Assembly (NCBI RefSeq): GCF_004010195.1 | Contig: NC_057719.1 | Coordinates: forward strand, 43,649,685-43,713,684 | DNA: 64,000 bases | Direction of reading: 5' to 3' | DNA from: Chiloscyllium plagiosum | Taxonomy: Eukaryota | Shown here: in pieces, positions 24,901 through 36,900 of the stretch | Position numbering within the stretch: the first letter of the stretch is position 1 | Layout of the letters: every line of letters begins with the position of its first letter | Program-made: the position numbers and the translations under genes | Notes under the pieces: model-generated | Database searches by the model: none | Told to the model about the DNA's origin: nothing | What the model saw: the letters and a program-made list of their open reading frames with translations, nothing else

Positions 24901-27900
24901 CGGCATTACCACTGAATCTCACTATCAACTGGAAAATTACCATCGAACAGATTATTTGAAGATTGACCCATTCCATTTTCACACAGTATCAATAAACTTA
25001 CCATAGTCCTGGAGAATCATAGGCTGTTCTCAGAGGTGGGTTTAACTTGAGGGTCACTAAACCTCAGGTGAGGGACAAGGTTGAGTGAAGGACCTTCATG
25101 GTGACCTCAGCTGGTATAGGAATTGAACCTTTGCGGTTACATTACTGTGCATTACAAACTAAACAAACTAATCTCACAATATTAATGTATTGCATGCAGA
25201 CTAAGGTAGATTTGACAAATGTCTTTATCATGGTCAATCCATTAAGGAGATATTTAGAGGAAAGCAGTCAATACCTCAAAATTAGCACATCTGCAAGGCT
25301 TATTTTTGCATAAAACTTTGCTGTAGAACGTAGCTTGTGTAAATTATGAATTCCCAATTTTCTGGAATTGATATTTAGCTCATGTGAAGGAAAACTATAT
25401 TAAGCTCTGCAAAGACAGAAAGGAAATCTCTCATCCGGAGTGAGACACAGCCTGAACGATTATATCCTTTGGGAATATGAAGGCAAATTGGGAAATTGAT
25501 GTAGAAAAGGAAAGGGTTTTTTTTGCTTGCTTTCTTTTGGCTAATAGCTTGTAAGGTTTTTTTTAAACAAAATAGGCTAATGGCCCAGCACAAAACAGTA
25601 ACATCACAGGCAAAGTGCAAATTCACTAGTTGGAGATGGCTACTAATTTGACCATTTGAAGTTATTTTCGGACCAAAGGTAAATGAGGGAAATATTTATA
25701 GGCTACAAGCTAAGTATGATATTTTCAAAAAATTAAATGAGAAACTAAGTAATTAAAATAGATATGCCAGGCCAGGTGATGTGTTCTAAAAGCAAGACAT
25801 GGGAGCTGTTGGACCCCATTGTACTTTATGGTGACCACATCTGTAACAAGTATTGGCTGCTTGAGGAACTCTGGCTCAAAGCAGATGAGCTGAGCTGGAG
25901 TCTGAGCTTCGAACACTGGGACACATCAGGGATGGGGAGAGTTACCTGAATGCTGCATTTCAGGAGGTAGTCACACCCCTAAGATCAACTACCTTAAAAT
26001 TAGGTCAGTGATCAGGGACAGGATGATGTGACAAGGAGGATCCCGGAGGTAATGCTGAAAAAGCTTCAGTCTTGAGTTTATCTAACAGAATTGAGATTCT
26101 TGCTCCGTGTGTGGATGTGTGTGGACTACAGGGAGGATGCACAAACTAATCATAGCACTGAGGTACATAAAGCTATTCAGGAAATGGAAAAGAGAAATGC
26201 AGTTGTAATCAGGGATAGCACAGTCAGCGAATAGACACTGTTCTGTTGCCAGGATTGACAACAGAAGGCTGTGTTGCCTGCCTGGTGCCCAGGATCAGGA
26301 TATCTCATCTGGGGTGAAGTGGAACTTTGAGTGGGAGGGAAGATCCAATTGCCATGGTCCGCATAGATAAACGTATAAAGAAAAAGAGGTTCTACTGAGG
26401 AAATAGGAGTAGCTCAGAATTAAATTAAAAAACAGTAACCAAAAGGTAATAATCCCTGGATTACTACATGTGCTACGAACAAATTGGCACAAGGTTAAAG
26501 AGGTAAACACATGGCCCAACTGATTCAAACTCAAGGGATATTGACATCAGTACTGGGGGAGGGTGGTATTCTTATGGATTGGGCTTCACGTGAATCATGC
26601 TAGGACAAGAGTCTTTGCGCATTGCATAACTAGAGCTGCAGAAAGGGCTTTGAAGTAAATAGTTGGGGGGTGGGATAGACACATGAAAATAATGGAGCTA
26701 AGGTGGGTGGGTGGGTGGGTGTGTGTGTCTGCATGTGCGTGTGTGTCTGTGCGTGTGTGTCGCGCCAGGGAGGGGAGGAGATCAGCAGCCAAAACAAGTA
26801 ATACGACAGAAAGAGTCATGAATCTAACTTCAGGCACAGCACATATGGGGATGGTCAATGCAGCACTGAAGATGTAGTACTTAAATGCATGCAATTTATG
26901 ACACAAGGCAAATGAGCCGATTGAAATTTGAAGGTACAATGTTATGGGTTTTGCAGACACCTGGATGCAAGGAGATCAGGACTTGGAACTAAATATCCAA
27001 GCATACACATCCTATCACAAGGACAGTCAGATGGGAAGAGAGAGCAGGATTGCTATGTTAGTAAGAAATGAAATGAAATTAATAGCAATAAGCAATATAG
27101 GCGGCACGGTGGCACAGTGGTTTGCACTGCTGCCTCACAGCGCCTGAGATCCGGGTTCAATTCCCGCCTCAGGCGACTGACTGTGTGGAGTTTGCACGTT
27201 CTCCCCGTGTCTGCGTGGGTTTCCTCCGGGTGCTCCGGTTTCCTCCCACAGTCCAAAAGATGTGCAGGGTCAGGTGAATTGGCCATGCTAAATTGCCCGT
27301 AGTGTTAGGTAAGGGGTAAATGTAGGGGTATGGGTGGGTTTCGCTTCGGCGGGTCGGTGTGGACTTGTTGGGCCGAAGGGCCTGTTTCCACACTGTAATG
27401 TAATCTAATCCAAAAAAAAGTGATATAGAGTCACAAGGTTCAGAATCTGAGAGAGTGGAGCTAAAAAAAAACACGAAGGAAAAAAAGACCCTGATGGGAA
27501 TTGTGTACAGGTCTCCTAGCAGTTGTCAGGATGGGAGTAAGAAAATAAATCCGTATATAGAAAATACATGCAAGAAAGGCACTATTACAATAATCATGGG
27601 AGGACGTCAATATGCAGGTGGACATAGAAAATCAGGTTGGTAGCAGATCTCAAGACAAGAAATTTGTGGAAAATTACGGTCTTTTTGAAGCAGTTTGTAG
27701 TACAGCCTATTCTGGATTCAGTGACATGTAATGTGGCAGATTTAATTAGGGAGCTGAAGGTAAAGGAACCCTAGGAGGCAGTGACCATAGCATGATAGAA
27801 TTCACCCTGCAGTGTGCAAGGAACTTTTCCAAAGGAATAAAAAAAGCTTTGATATCTTTCTCATGTGGCAATACTTTTACATATTTGTATACATCCCTAT

Positions 27901-30900
27901 CTGTACAGGTTTTTCCTGCACCATTACATCAAACAGGGGGCCAGCTAACTGAACCTCAGCTCCTTCATCTTTCACTTTCTTGCTGTAACTTATGGCAGTA
28001 CGATCTTGTTACCACATAGTCTGGAAAAATTCCAGGGTATTTTTCTTTTAGCTTCTCAGTTCCTTTTGTTTTCCTTTGGCTTTCCCACCACAAGGGGCGT
28101 CACTCCCACCTCAGATTCTGTTAGGTCACTGCCAAAAACAAACTGTATTCCTGGAACTGACACTCTGTCAATCACTTCCACTGTAACTTCCCCAGTCTTG
28201 ATTTGGCTCTCTAACCTGATTTTACACAGGGGAATGCTAAATCTCTGTCCATTTATTCCACAAATTATCATCCTCTCATCTAACAGAGTGCAAATACTTT
28301 CATTTCTTACTATTTAGACTGACCAGATCCCGTATCTCTTAAAATTAAAACTTCTTTCCCTTCTCTTCCTGTTCTTCTTGAGTAAACTTTATACTCAGAG
28401 GGGAAGTCTTTACAGAGATCGGGCACTAACTTGATACCCAGCCCCTGCCGAGGCTGTGCATTCTCCAGCAGAAACTGGGCAGAGTTGATTGGAAGGGGCA
28501 CCTAGCAGAGAAGACAGTGGAGCAGCAATGGAAGGAGTTTCCAGGATAATTTGAAACAACAGAAATTCATACATAATAGAACGATCTGGATACATTTTCA
28601 TGTATACCACACTGAGCAGATTTGAATTTACGAAGTTCAGTTCCCTCATCCTGACTGTTCTGGAATGTGAATGCTTCATTACCCTTACAAGCTAGGAAAA
28701 CGGGAGAGCGTGAGAGCGAGCGGACAGATGCTGGTGGAAAGATTAACTCTTTGTGGCCTCATTTGAGTGAACATTGGCTTGACATGGATTGAATGTTTGT
28801 GTGTTGTTCCCTGGAGCTCGAGATCGGTGAATGTTATGAATTTAATTTGAATTCTGGGAATCTAAGATGATTTTAAAAGAAAAAGCTATTTTGTAGGACA
28901 ATGATCCTGGACATGTTAGTTGAGCAGGGTTACCTCATGACCTTTCCCACATAATTTAGACTAGTCCCTCGTTATGATGTACTGTTAAAAGGGAAGATTA
29001 TCTAGCCAAAGCAATTGGCCATTTGGGCCTAGCTTGATCAAGGTTTGCACGTAGCTTAATTAGTCAAGCGTACTCAGACCGGTCAATGAGTTTCTCTTCC
29101 TCTGCAAACATTTGCCATTTTATTGCTGCTTATCTGATTAAGGACATGTGGCATTTTTGTAATTTTAATACCAATTTCTGTATAAAGACAGCTTGTTGGC
29201 TGCAATAAGGGGAGTAGCCGGAGAGAGCTTTTAGGGTAAGAGCTGGCGCTGCTTCCCAACTAATGGTTTTAGAACCGTAGTTCATGCCTGGCTTATAGGT
29301 ATCTACGTTATAGTGTAACATTGATGCTATTGGTAAATAAAAGGTAATAATTTAAACTAAACTGTCTGTAAGAGTTTTATATTCCAGACTACCACAGATT
29401 ACAATCTCTGGGACAAACCAAGACAGGCTTACAGGTCAAGTCTATCAGGGATTCCCTGAATTGTCTTGAATAGATACTTTAACAAAATCAATTAGAATTT
29501 TGACAAAGGCCTTTGACAAAGTGCTGCACAGGAAGCGGCATGCAGCAAAATAAGATGAGCTCATGGCATTGGAGGCAAGATATTGGCATGGGTAGAGATT
29601 TAGTTGATTGGCAAGGATAAAGGGGACTTTTTCAAGATGGCAGTTCGTGACCAGTGGAGTTCTATTGGGGTCAGCGTTGGGACCACAATTATTCATGTTA
29701 CACAGTTAACTATCTGGACAAAGGAACTGAGGGCATTGTTGCTAAGTTTGCTGATGACACAAAGATAACTGAAGGGACAGGTAATGTTGAGAATACAGGG
29801 AGGCTGCACAAGACATGCTAGGCAAGTGGGCAAAGAAATTGCAGATGAAATACAACATGGGAAAGTGTGAGATTATGCACTTTGGTTGGAAGAATAGTGG
29901 CACAGACTATTTTCTAAGTGGAGAAGCACAAAAGAAACTGGAGTTCTATTTCAGGATTCTCTTAGGATTAACATGCAGGTTTAGTTGGCGGTTAGGAAGG
30001 CAAATGCAATGTTAGCATTATTTCAAGACAGCTAGAATACAACAGCAGAAATGCACTGCTGAGGCTGTATGAGGCTCTGCTCAGGCTGCATTTGGAATAT
30101 TGTGAGCAGGTTTGGGCTCCGTATCGAAGGAAGGTAGTGCTGGTGTTGAACAGGTCAAGAGGAGATTTACAAGAATCATCTTAGGATGAAGAGCTTGACA
30201 TAAGGTGCAGTTCAGGACTTACAGAATACTGAGTGGCCTGAATAGAGTGGGCGTGAAGATGTTTCCACAAGGAGGAGAGACTAGGACTTGAGGGCACAGC
30301 CTCGGAGTGAAGGGACGACCATTCAGAATGGAGATAAGGAATTTCTTCAGCCATAGGGTGGTTAATCTGTGGAATTCATTATCACGAGGGCTGTGGAGGC
30401 CAAATCATTGAGTGTACTTAAGACAGAGATAGATATGTTCTTGATTAGTAAGGGGATGAAGGGTTACAGCGGGTACTCAATAGAATGGGTTGAGAAACAT
30501 ATCAGCCATGATCGATTGACAGAACAGACTCGATGAGCTGAGTGGCATTATGAAAGTTGCCACAAATTGTTCAACTGTGTAAAATATAACTTCAAGATGA
30601 CATTCAAATCTTTTGTGAACTGATTCACCTTTTAATCTAAATTAGGTGCATCAACTCTCATGCTATCCTTCTGCTTCTAAATAATTGTATTGTAATAAGC
30701 CTTATCAATTTTAACTTCAATATAATGACTATTTAATTAGTATTGTCTGACAAAATGAATATGAAAGCACTTGAGCATTGAACACATGTCAGGTGTCTTA
30801 CATAGTACGTAAGGAATAATCGTTAGACCTATGGCATGCTATCCCAGTCATGGAATACTGAAGTTGCAAGTCTTGATTTGTCAAAAATGAGGTCTGATTA

Positions 30901-33900
30901 CAGAAACAAAAAATGCTCCACTGTGAAGACAACTTTAAAAACGATTGTGTAATAAATCAACACAACTTTAACCGTAACCTTTCATTAACACTGCTGAATG
31001 GCATCCTTGTACACGGTTGGCCTAGCTGATAACAACTTCACGCTGACAGTAAAAAGCCAGTAATAGTGTGCAAATTATTTTCCAGCTTTTCTCATGAATT
31101 TTATCATAAAAATTAACATTTTCTTGTTTCAATGTGCATTTTTAGACTTCGCCACACTAAACATTTGTACACAACGATCAACTAATGAGCCACAGCTCTC
31201 TCAAGGAATATTATTCATCCTCCCAGAATAAGGATATTTGAAGTGTCATTTACTTACTTGTTTCCTCCATCTGCAAATGAGGTCCAGGATGAGCCAAATA
31301 CTGTTTCTTTGGTTACCTCCTGTGCAACACATTTAACAGAAATTTCTTAACAGGTTTGTACAGCATTGCAATCTGAAAAACACACTTGTAAAATAAATGT
31401 TGACAGGGATTGATCAAGTCTTGCACATTCCTGTTATCAACATTAGATAATCAAAATTACAGTTGAAAATAAACAATTTATCTGATATATAGGGACAGAG
31501 GATAACCATGATAATCTAAGGATTAAGATTCAATAGGACCTTCTTAAACAATAAAGTACTCAATATTTGGTTTTCCAAGCCTAAACATTAAATTAAACAA
31601 ACAATTTAAGCAATTTTCTCAAGCTGCTTTTCATGTTATTCATCAACTGTTCTATGGAAACTTGAGTAATAAATTCACTACTCGCTATGGCTGAATTGTT
31701 ACTTTTTTATCCAAACAAACTACAATAAATTTCAATTTGGGTATTCCTAAAACAGATCACATCTATAGTTTAATACACTCATGTTAAAAATCCCAAATGA
31801 CCAAACTCTGAAGGAAAGTAAATAAAACCAGTCAATAGTTGACAATTATTCATGCTGAAGGTTTTCTTTTCAAGGAAGCACCACATATGGCCTCAAAGAT
31901 CATTAAAAAATTTTATGGTCTTCTATAAAAACATCTCTGAACAGGTGGACTAGAAAATACCTGTAAACTAGGAGCAAGATTAGGCCAGTAACACAAGCTG
32001 CTCTACCACACAGTAAGAGCCTAGCAGATCCAATTTGGCCTCAAATGCAATTCTTTCCACCCACAGTAACGTTAGAATCTTGACGAAGAGATTCAATCTA
32101 CCTTGACCTTAAAAATATTCAAAGACTGCCTTCATTGACTCCTCCCAAAGAAAGTTGGAAGGACTCATGATCCTGTGGGGAATGGAATATATGTGGTAGA
32201 CCACTTAGAATAGAGAGGAGGAAAAAATTCTTCACCCAGAGAGTGAACAACCTGTGGAATTTGCTATCACAAAAAGCAGCTGAAGCCAAAACATTGTATG
32301 ATTTCAAGGAGTTGGATATGGCACTTGGCGCAAAATGGATCAAAGATTATAGGGAAAAGGTAGGGACAGGTGCTACAACATGGCAGTTAACCCTTCTGTT
32401 AATTAAACCAAGCACTCAGAAAAGCTTGCCTCACCTCGTAATCTGTTAAAGTGTGAGTGACAGAGAACTCCCAAGTTCCACTATTTAAAAAAAATCAATT
32501 TATTCGTTAACTCTAAAAGTGAACATTAAACAACAACTATTCATAACTCTAAGCCCACCTTTCTTTTAACTGCTTATTACCTGCCTCCAACTCTATTACA
32601 ACATGCTGTTCCAATAAGACACTTACTAAAATTACATCAAGGCAGTACAGTGGCTCCGTGGTTAGCACTGCTGCTTCACAGCGCCTGGGGCCCAGGTTCG
32701 ATTCCAGCCTTGAGCGACTGTTTGTGTTGAGTGTGCACATTCTCCCCATGTCTGCATGGGTTTCCTCCGGGTGTTCCGGTTTCCTCCCAGTCTAAAAATG
32801 TGCAGGTTAGGTGAATTGGCCATGTTAAATTGCCCATAGTGTCCAGAGATGTTTAGGTTAGTTGCATTAGTCAGGGGTAAATATAGGATAATAAAGAATG
32901 GGTCTGGGTGGGTTACTCTTCAGAGGGTTGGTGTGGACTTGTTGGACCAAAGGGCCTGTTTCCACACTGTAGGGATTCTAAGTTTCTAACTTAATTTCAA
33001 AACCACATAGCGACTGTTGTCTTTGGTGTCTGTCTTTCTTCTTATGGCTGAAGATCCCCCTGGGTGATCGTCTTTCTTTTTTACTGCAAAAATGTTTAAC
33101 ATGAAAAGGTACCTTTGATAGAGAGTGTTTCTCTCAATGGCAGTTGCTCTGCCTCCAATTTTCAAAAAAACCTGCATATTTATATCCCCAACATCAGATC
33201 GTCTCATTGGTTGGCAAAATAATAAATTCAAACTCAATTGGGGTTTAGTATCTTGGGGCAAAATTTAAACTGATTTGATAACAATTTGAATTTAACCAAA
33301 CAGCAGCCAACCTCAGGGTATCCATTTCACAGCCAAATGCTATATATTTTCAATTTTCCAGTACACTCAGATAGCCATCTAGTCATCACAGGTGCTTGCA
33401 ATCTCTCAGTTCAGAACACCATTCACTCTCTCAAAGGTATAGTACACACCTTCAACTTCATAACACAGACTATAGAGTTGGATGATAAGCCATGATTATA
33501 ATGAATAAAGTGGACTCAAAGGGCCGAATGGCCAAAACATGCTCTTATTTTGTAGGTTTCATCTGTATCTGTGAAAGGCCCCTTATTTTACAACTGTGTC
33601 CCCAAGTTTGAGTCTCTCCCATAACAGGAAATAGCCTTTCAGCATACACCCTGTAAAGTTCTCTCAGGCTTTTGTATGACTCAATGAGATCACCTCATAT
33701 GCTTAAATCCCAATTGATAGAGACCCAACCTCACACTCATGGCAGTTACGTCAGTCACGTGAAACCTTCCTGAACTGCTTCTTATGCATTTGAATTTTAA
33801 AATAAGGAGACCAAAACTGTACAGCACTCCAATGTGGCCTTATCAATGCCTTTACAACTACCAAAACATCCTTAATTATACATTATTTCCTCCTTGCAAT

Positions 33901-36900
33901 AAATGACAACATTCCAATTATTTTCTTGATCATTGCTGAATCAGCATATTAACTTTTTGTGATTCATGTACTTGGGAGTTTTAATTTTTTTTCTATTTAA
34001 ATAAAATGCTGCTCTTACATTGTCCCTGCCAAAGTTGGCTTGTTTACTTTTTCCTCCTTCCTTCATCTGTCATTTTTCAAATTTCTGCTCACTTTCACAA
34101 TCCACTGACATTCATTGCAAATCCCTTGTGTTCCCTTCCCATTTTGTGTCATCAGTAAATTTAGTAATCATACATTTGATTTCTTCATCCAAGTCATTAA
34201 CTTAAATTAGTTAATAGTTGACCGTCTCACACTGACCCTGGTAGTGCCTGACTTGGTACAGCTTGACAACCCGAAAATTGACTCATTTCTGAATATCATT
34301 TCATGTTAATATCTAATTCTCCATCCAGCCTGTTGTATTAGTTGCTACACCATGCTTTTCATTTGCAAAGTAATCTTTGGAGTGGCACCTTGTCTGGAAG
34401 TCCAACTACAGCATATCCACAGATTTTCCTTTACCCACATTGCTGGTTATTTCCTCAAAAAATCTCCACTGATTTTCCTTTCACAAAGTCATGCTGGCTC
34501 TGTACAACGGCATTTGTTATATCCTCTAAGAGGTTCCCGTATTGTCATAAAATACATGTCAAATTAACTGTAGTTTTCCTCTTTGTTATGATCCCCTACC
34601 ACTTTTTTTGAATAGAGCAGTCACCTTTGTTACTTTGTAGTCTGATGAAGTCTTTCCATAATCTAGGAGATTTTGGAAATCTAAAACCGTTTCATCACCC
34701 ATTTTTTTCAAGACCTTAGGATGAAGTCAATCAGGACCTGGGGATTATAGCTTTAGTTCAATACCACTAAAACGTTCAAGGTGATCCACACTGTAAGATG
34801 GAGTCACTCTACACTTGTTGAGAAATGTTAGTGAGTGAACAAGAATCTATACTCCTCCATCCATTGACTTTAACTTGGGCTTTAAACTCCAATCGGATAT
34901 TCTTGCCACTGCTTGGAGTCGTGCTACCATAATATTTTCCAACTGCAGAATTTATAATGCAATGGTGAAACTGTGATTTACTAAGCATAAGGCAGGGGAG
35001 GGGGGTAGAAAGAAATCCTGCATACGTGCATCTACCAAACACAAAATAACTATTTCGAGAACAAAGACTGGGGAAAAAATAAATTGCATGATCTACAGAT
35101 AATCTGTGTGTTAGATAATGAGGTTCTCTGCTGTTAAAGGAGAAGATTTGAGTGCAACTGTCTACAAAACAAGCATTTGAGATTTAGCCCCGATTCAAAG
35201 AATCATGACCCAACACTGGACAACCTCCATATCATGTCCACTGTTTTTCCAGGAGCTTCAAAACTTAGCAGTTTGAACAACTTTGTGGAACAAAAGGGAA
35301 TTCCCTACATATAGTTTGCTAAAATAATTAATATCCTGTTGAATGGAATGTGCTTCAAGACATCACATATATTGTTACAAATTAATGGGCAGTTCACAAG
35401 TTTGTAGTATGTTTCGTACCCCTAGAACATAGAACATAGAACAATACAGCACAGAACAGGCCCTTCGGCCCACGACATTGTGCCGAACATGTGTCCTAGC
35501 TTAAGCACCCATCAATGTACCTATCCAATTGCCGCTTAAAGGTCACCAAAGATTCTGACTCTACCACTCCCACAGGCAGCGCATTCCATGTCCCCACCAC
35601 TCTCTGGGTAAAGAACCCACCCCTGACATCTCCCCTATACCTTCCACCCTTCACCGTAAATTTATGTCCCCTTGTAACACTCGGTTGTGCCCGGGGAAAA
35701 AGTTTCTGACTGTCTACTCTACCTATTCCTCTGATCTCACGACTCTTGAATTCAATCCCTCTGCTAATGAACTCTAATACACCATAAGCCTTCTTACAAG
35801 CTCTATCCACCCGAGTGGCAACTTTCAAAGTTCTATGAACATAGACCCCAAGACCCCTATCACATCTAAATTCAGTGGGAAAGCTAGCCTTGGCTGATGT
35901 GTGCAATGTGCATCAGATTTCAACTTATGGCATATTGCAGAATGGAAACTTTACCCATTTAACAAAGCATGGCAACTTCTGCATGATAATTTACAAGCTA
36001 ATGTTTCTACAATTATGGCAAAATAAGAGAGAAGAATTTGGCTAGTACTACCATGGCCAGTCAGAAATCTACAAGAATTTTATGAAAGGTTTATGATTTT
36101 AATGGACTGATTAATGCTTTTGAATCAGCTTCCCATGTTCAAAATAAAAAAAAGTTGCTATTTTATTTATTTTGACTAAATTAATACTTTTGCTAAAATA
36201 GCTGGTTCAGCCAATGAACTAAACCTGGTGGCCAAAGGGCTATGAAGGCTTAATTTTTAAAGGTTAGGAATGAGGTCCCAGAGAAACAGTGTAATCCTTT
36301 TGGATCATCTGTAAGGGCATATTCTGATTGCATAACACAAGCTTACATTTAGACAAGAATCAAACTAAATTTGCCACAACTTAGTGGAAGTCCTGGCACT
36401 GCAGGTTTTATGGATGAGGATAAAGCAGTAAATGTTTCCCATCTGAAATTCAGAGAACCTGATTCTTACGTAAGATCTTGATCCAATGGATGCATGCCCA
36501 TGGGTCAACTGTCAAAATTTTAGATTGGATAGATGAATGGCTTATAAAGGTAAAGATGTGTTATGCACAAGACCACAGACCTTCACAGAACTATCTCCAG
36601 TAAATCGATATGTTCCCTAAATAAGGGACCAAAATGTTCATAGTTCTCCAGAACTGGTCTCACCAGTACTTTGTATAGTTGCAGTAAGACTTACCTACTG
36701 TAAAACTCCAGTCCTCTTGAAATAAGAGCCATCATTGTATTGGTCATCCTGATTACCTGTTGTACCTGCGTGCTAGCTTTGTGTTTTGTGCATAAGTACT
36801 CCCAAGTTCCTTTATGTTGCAGTTTGCTGTAGTTTCTCTCCATTTAAATAATATCCTGTTCTTTGATCTCCATTCCAAAGTGAACAACTTCACATTTTCC

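Larger units (their letters stand above)
25750..30545 (+). mobile_element. Decayed long CR1 LINE (ORF1 Cys motif + SGNH esterase, ORF2 endonuclease, RT, 3' end) interrupted by a SINE and an LTR-element fragment
   Basis: ORF 25764 CSK..WELLD..DHICNK; VVI.DS.V...[45 protein letters not shown]; 3' cagccatgatc tail. Confidence 0.75.
32195..33560 (+). mobile_element. CR1 3' end split by a solo-LTR-like insertion
   Basis: FFTQRV.NLWN.L before 32370; ctatagagttggatgataagccatgat...gggccgaatggcc resumes after 33469. Confidence 0.75.

Noticed and set aside
27100..27175. tRNA-like A/B boxes (also at 32641, 43400, 56598)
   Set aside because: These are SINE heads, not tRNA genes
30979..31042. Possible extra exon between linker exons A and B (64 nt after tttttactgtcag, or 47 nt [15 protein letters not shown] after tatcag; donor gttacg)
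   Set aside because: The 64-nt form has stops in all three frames; the 47-nt form has a weak acceptor, a weak donor and no recognisable homology. Worth a glance in RNA-seq only.
34809..35042. Acceptor-like ttctgcag at 34943 followed by a short open frame
   Set aside because: No convincing donor; the phase-0 reading ends in a stop; no homology recognised
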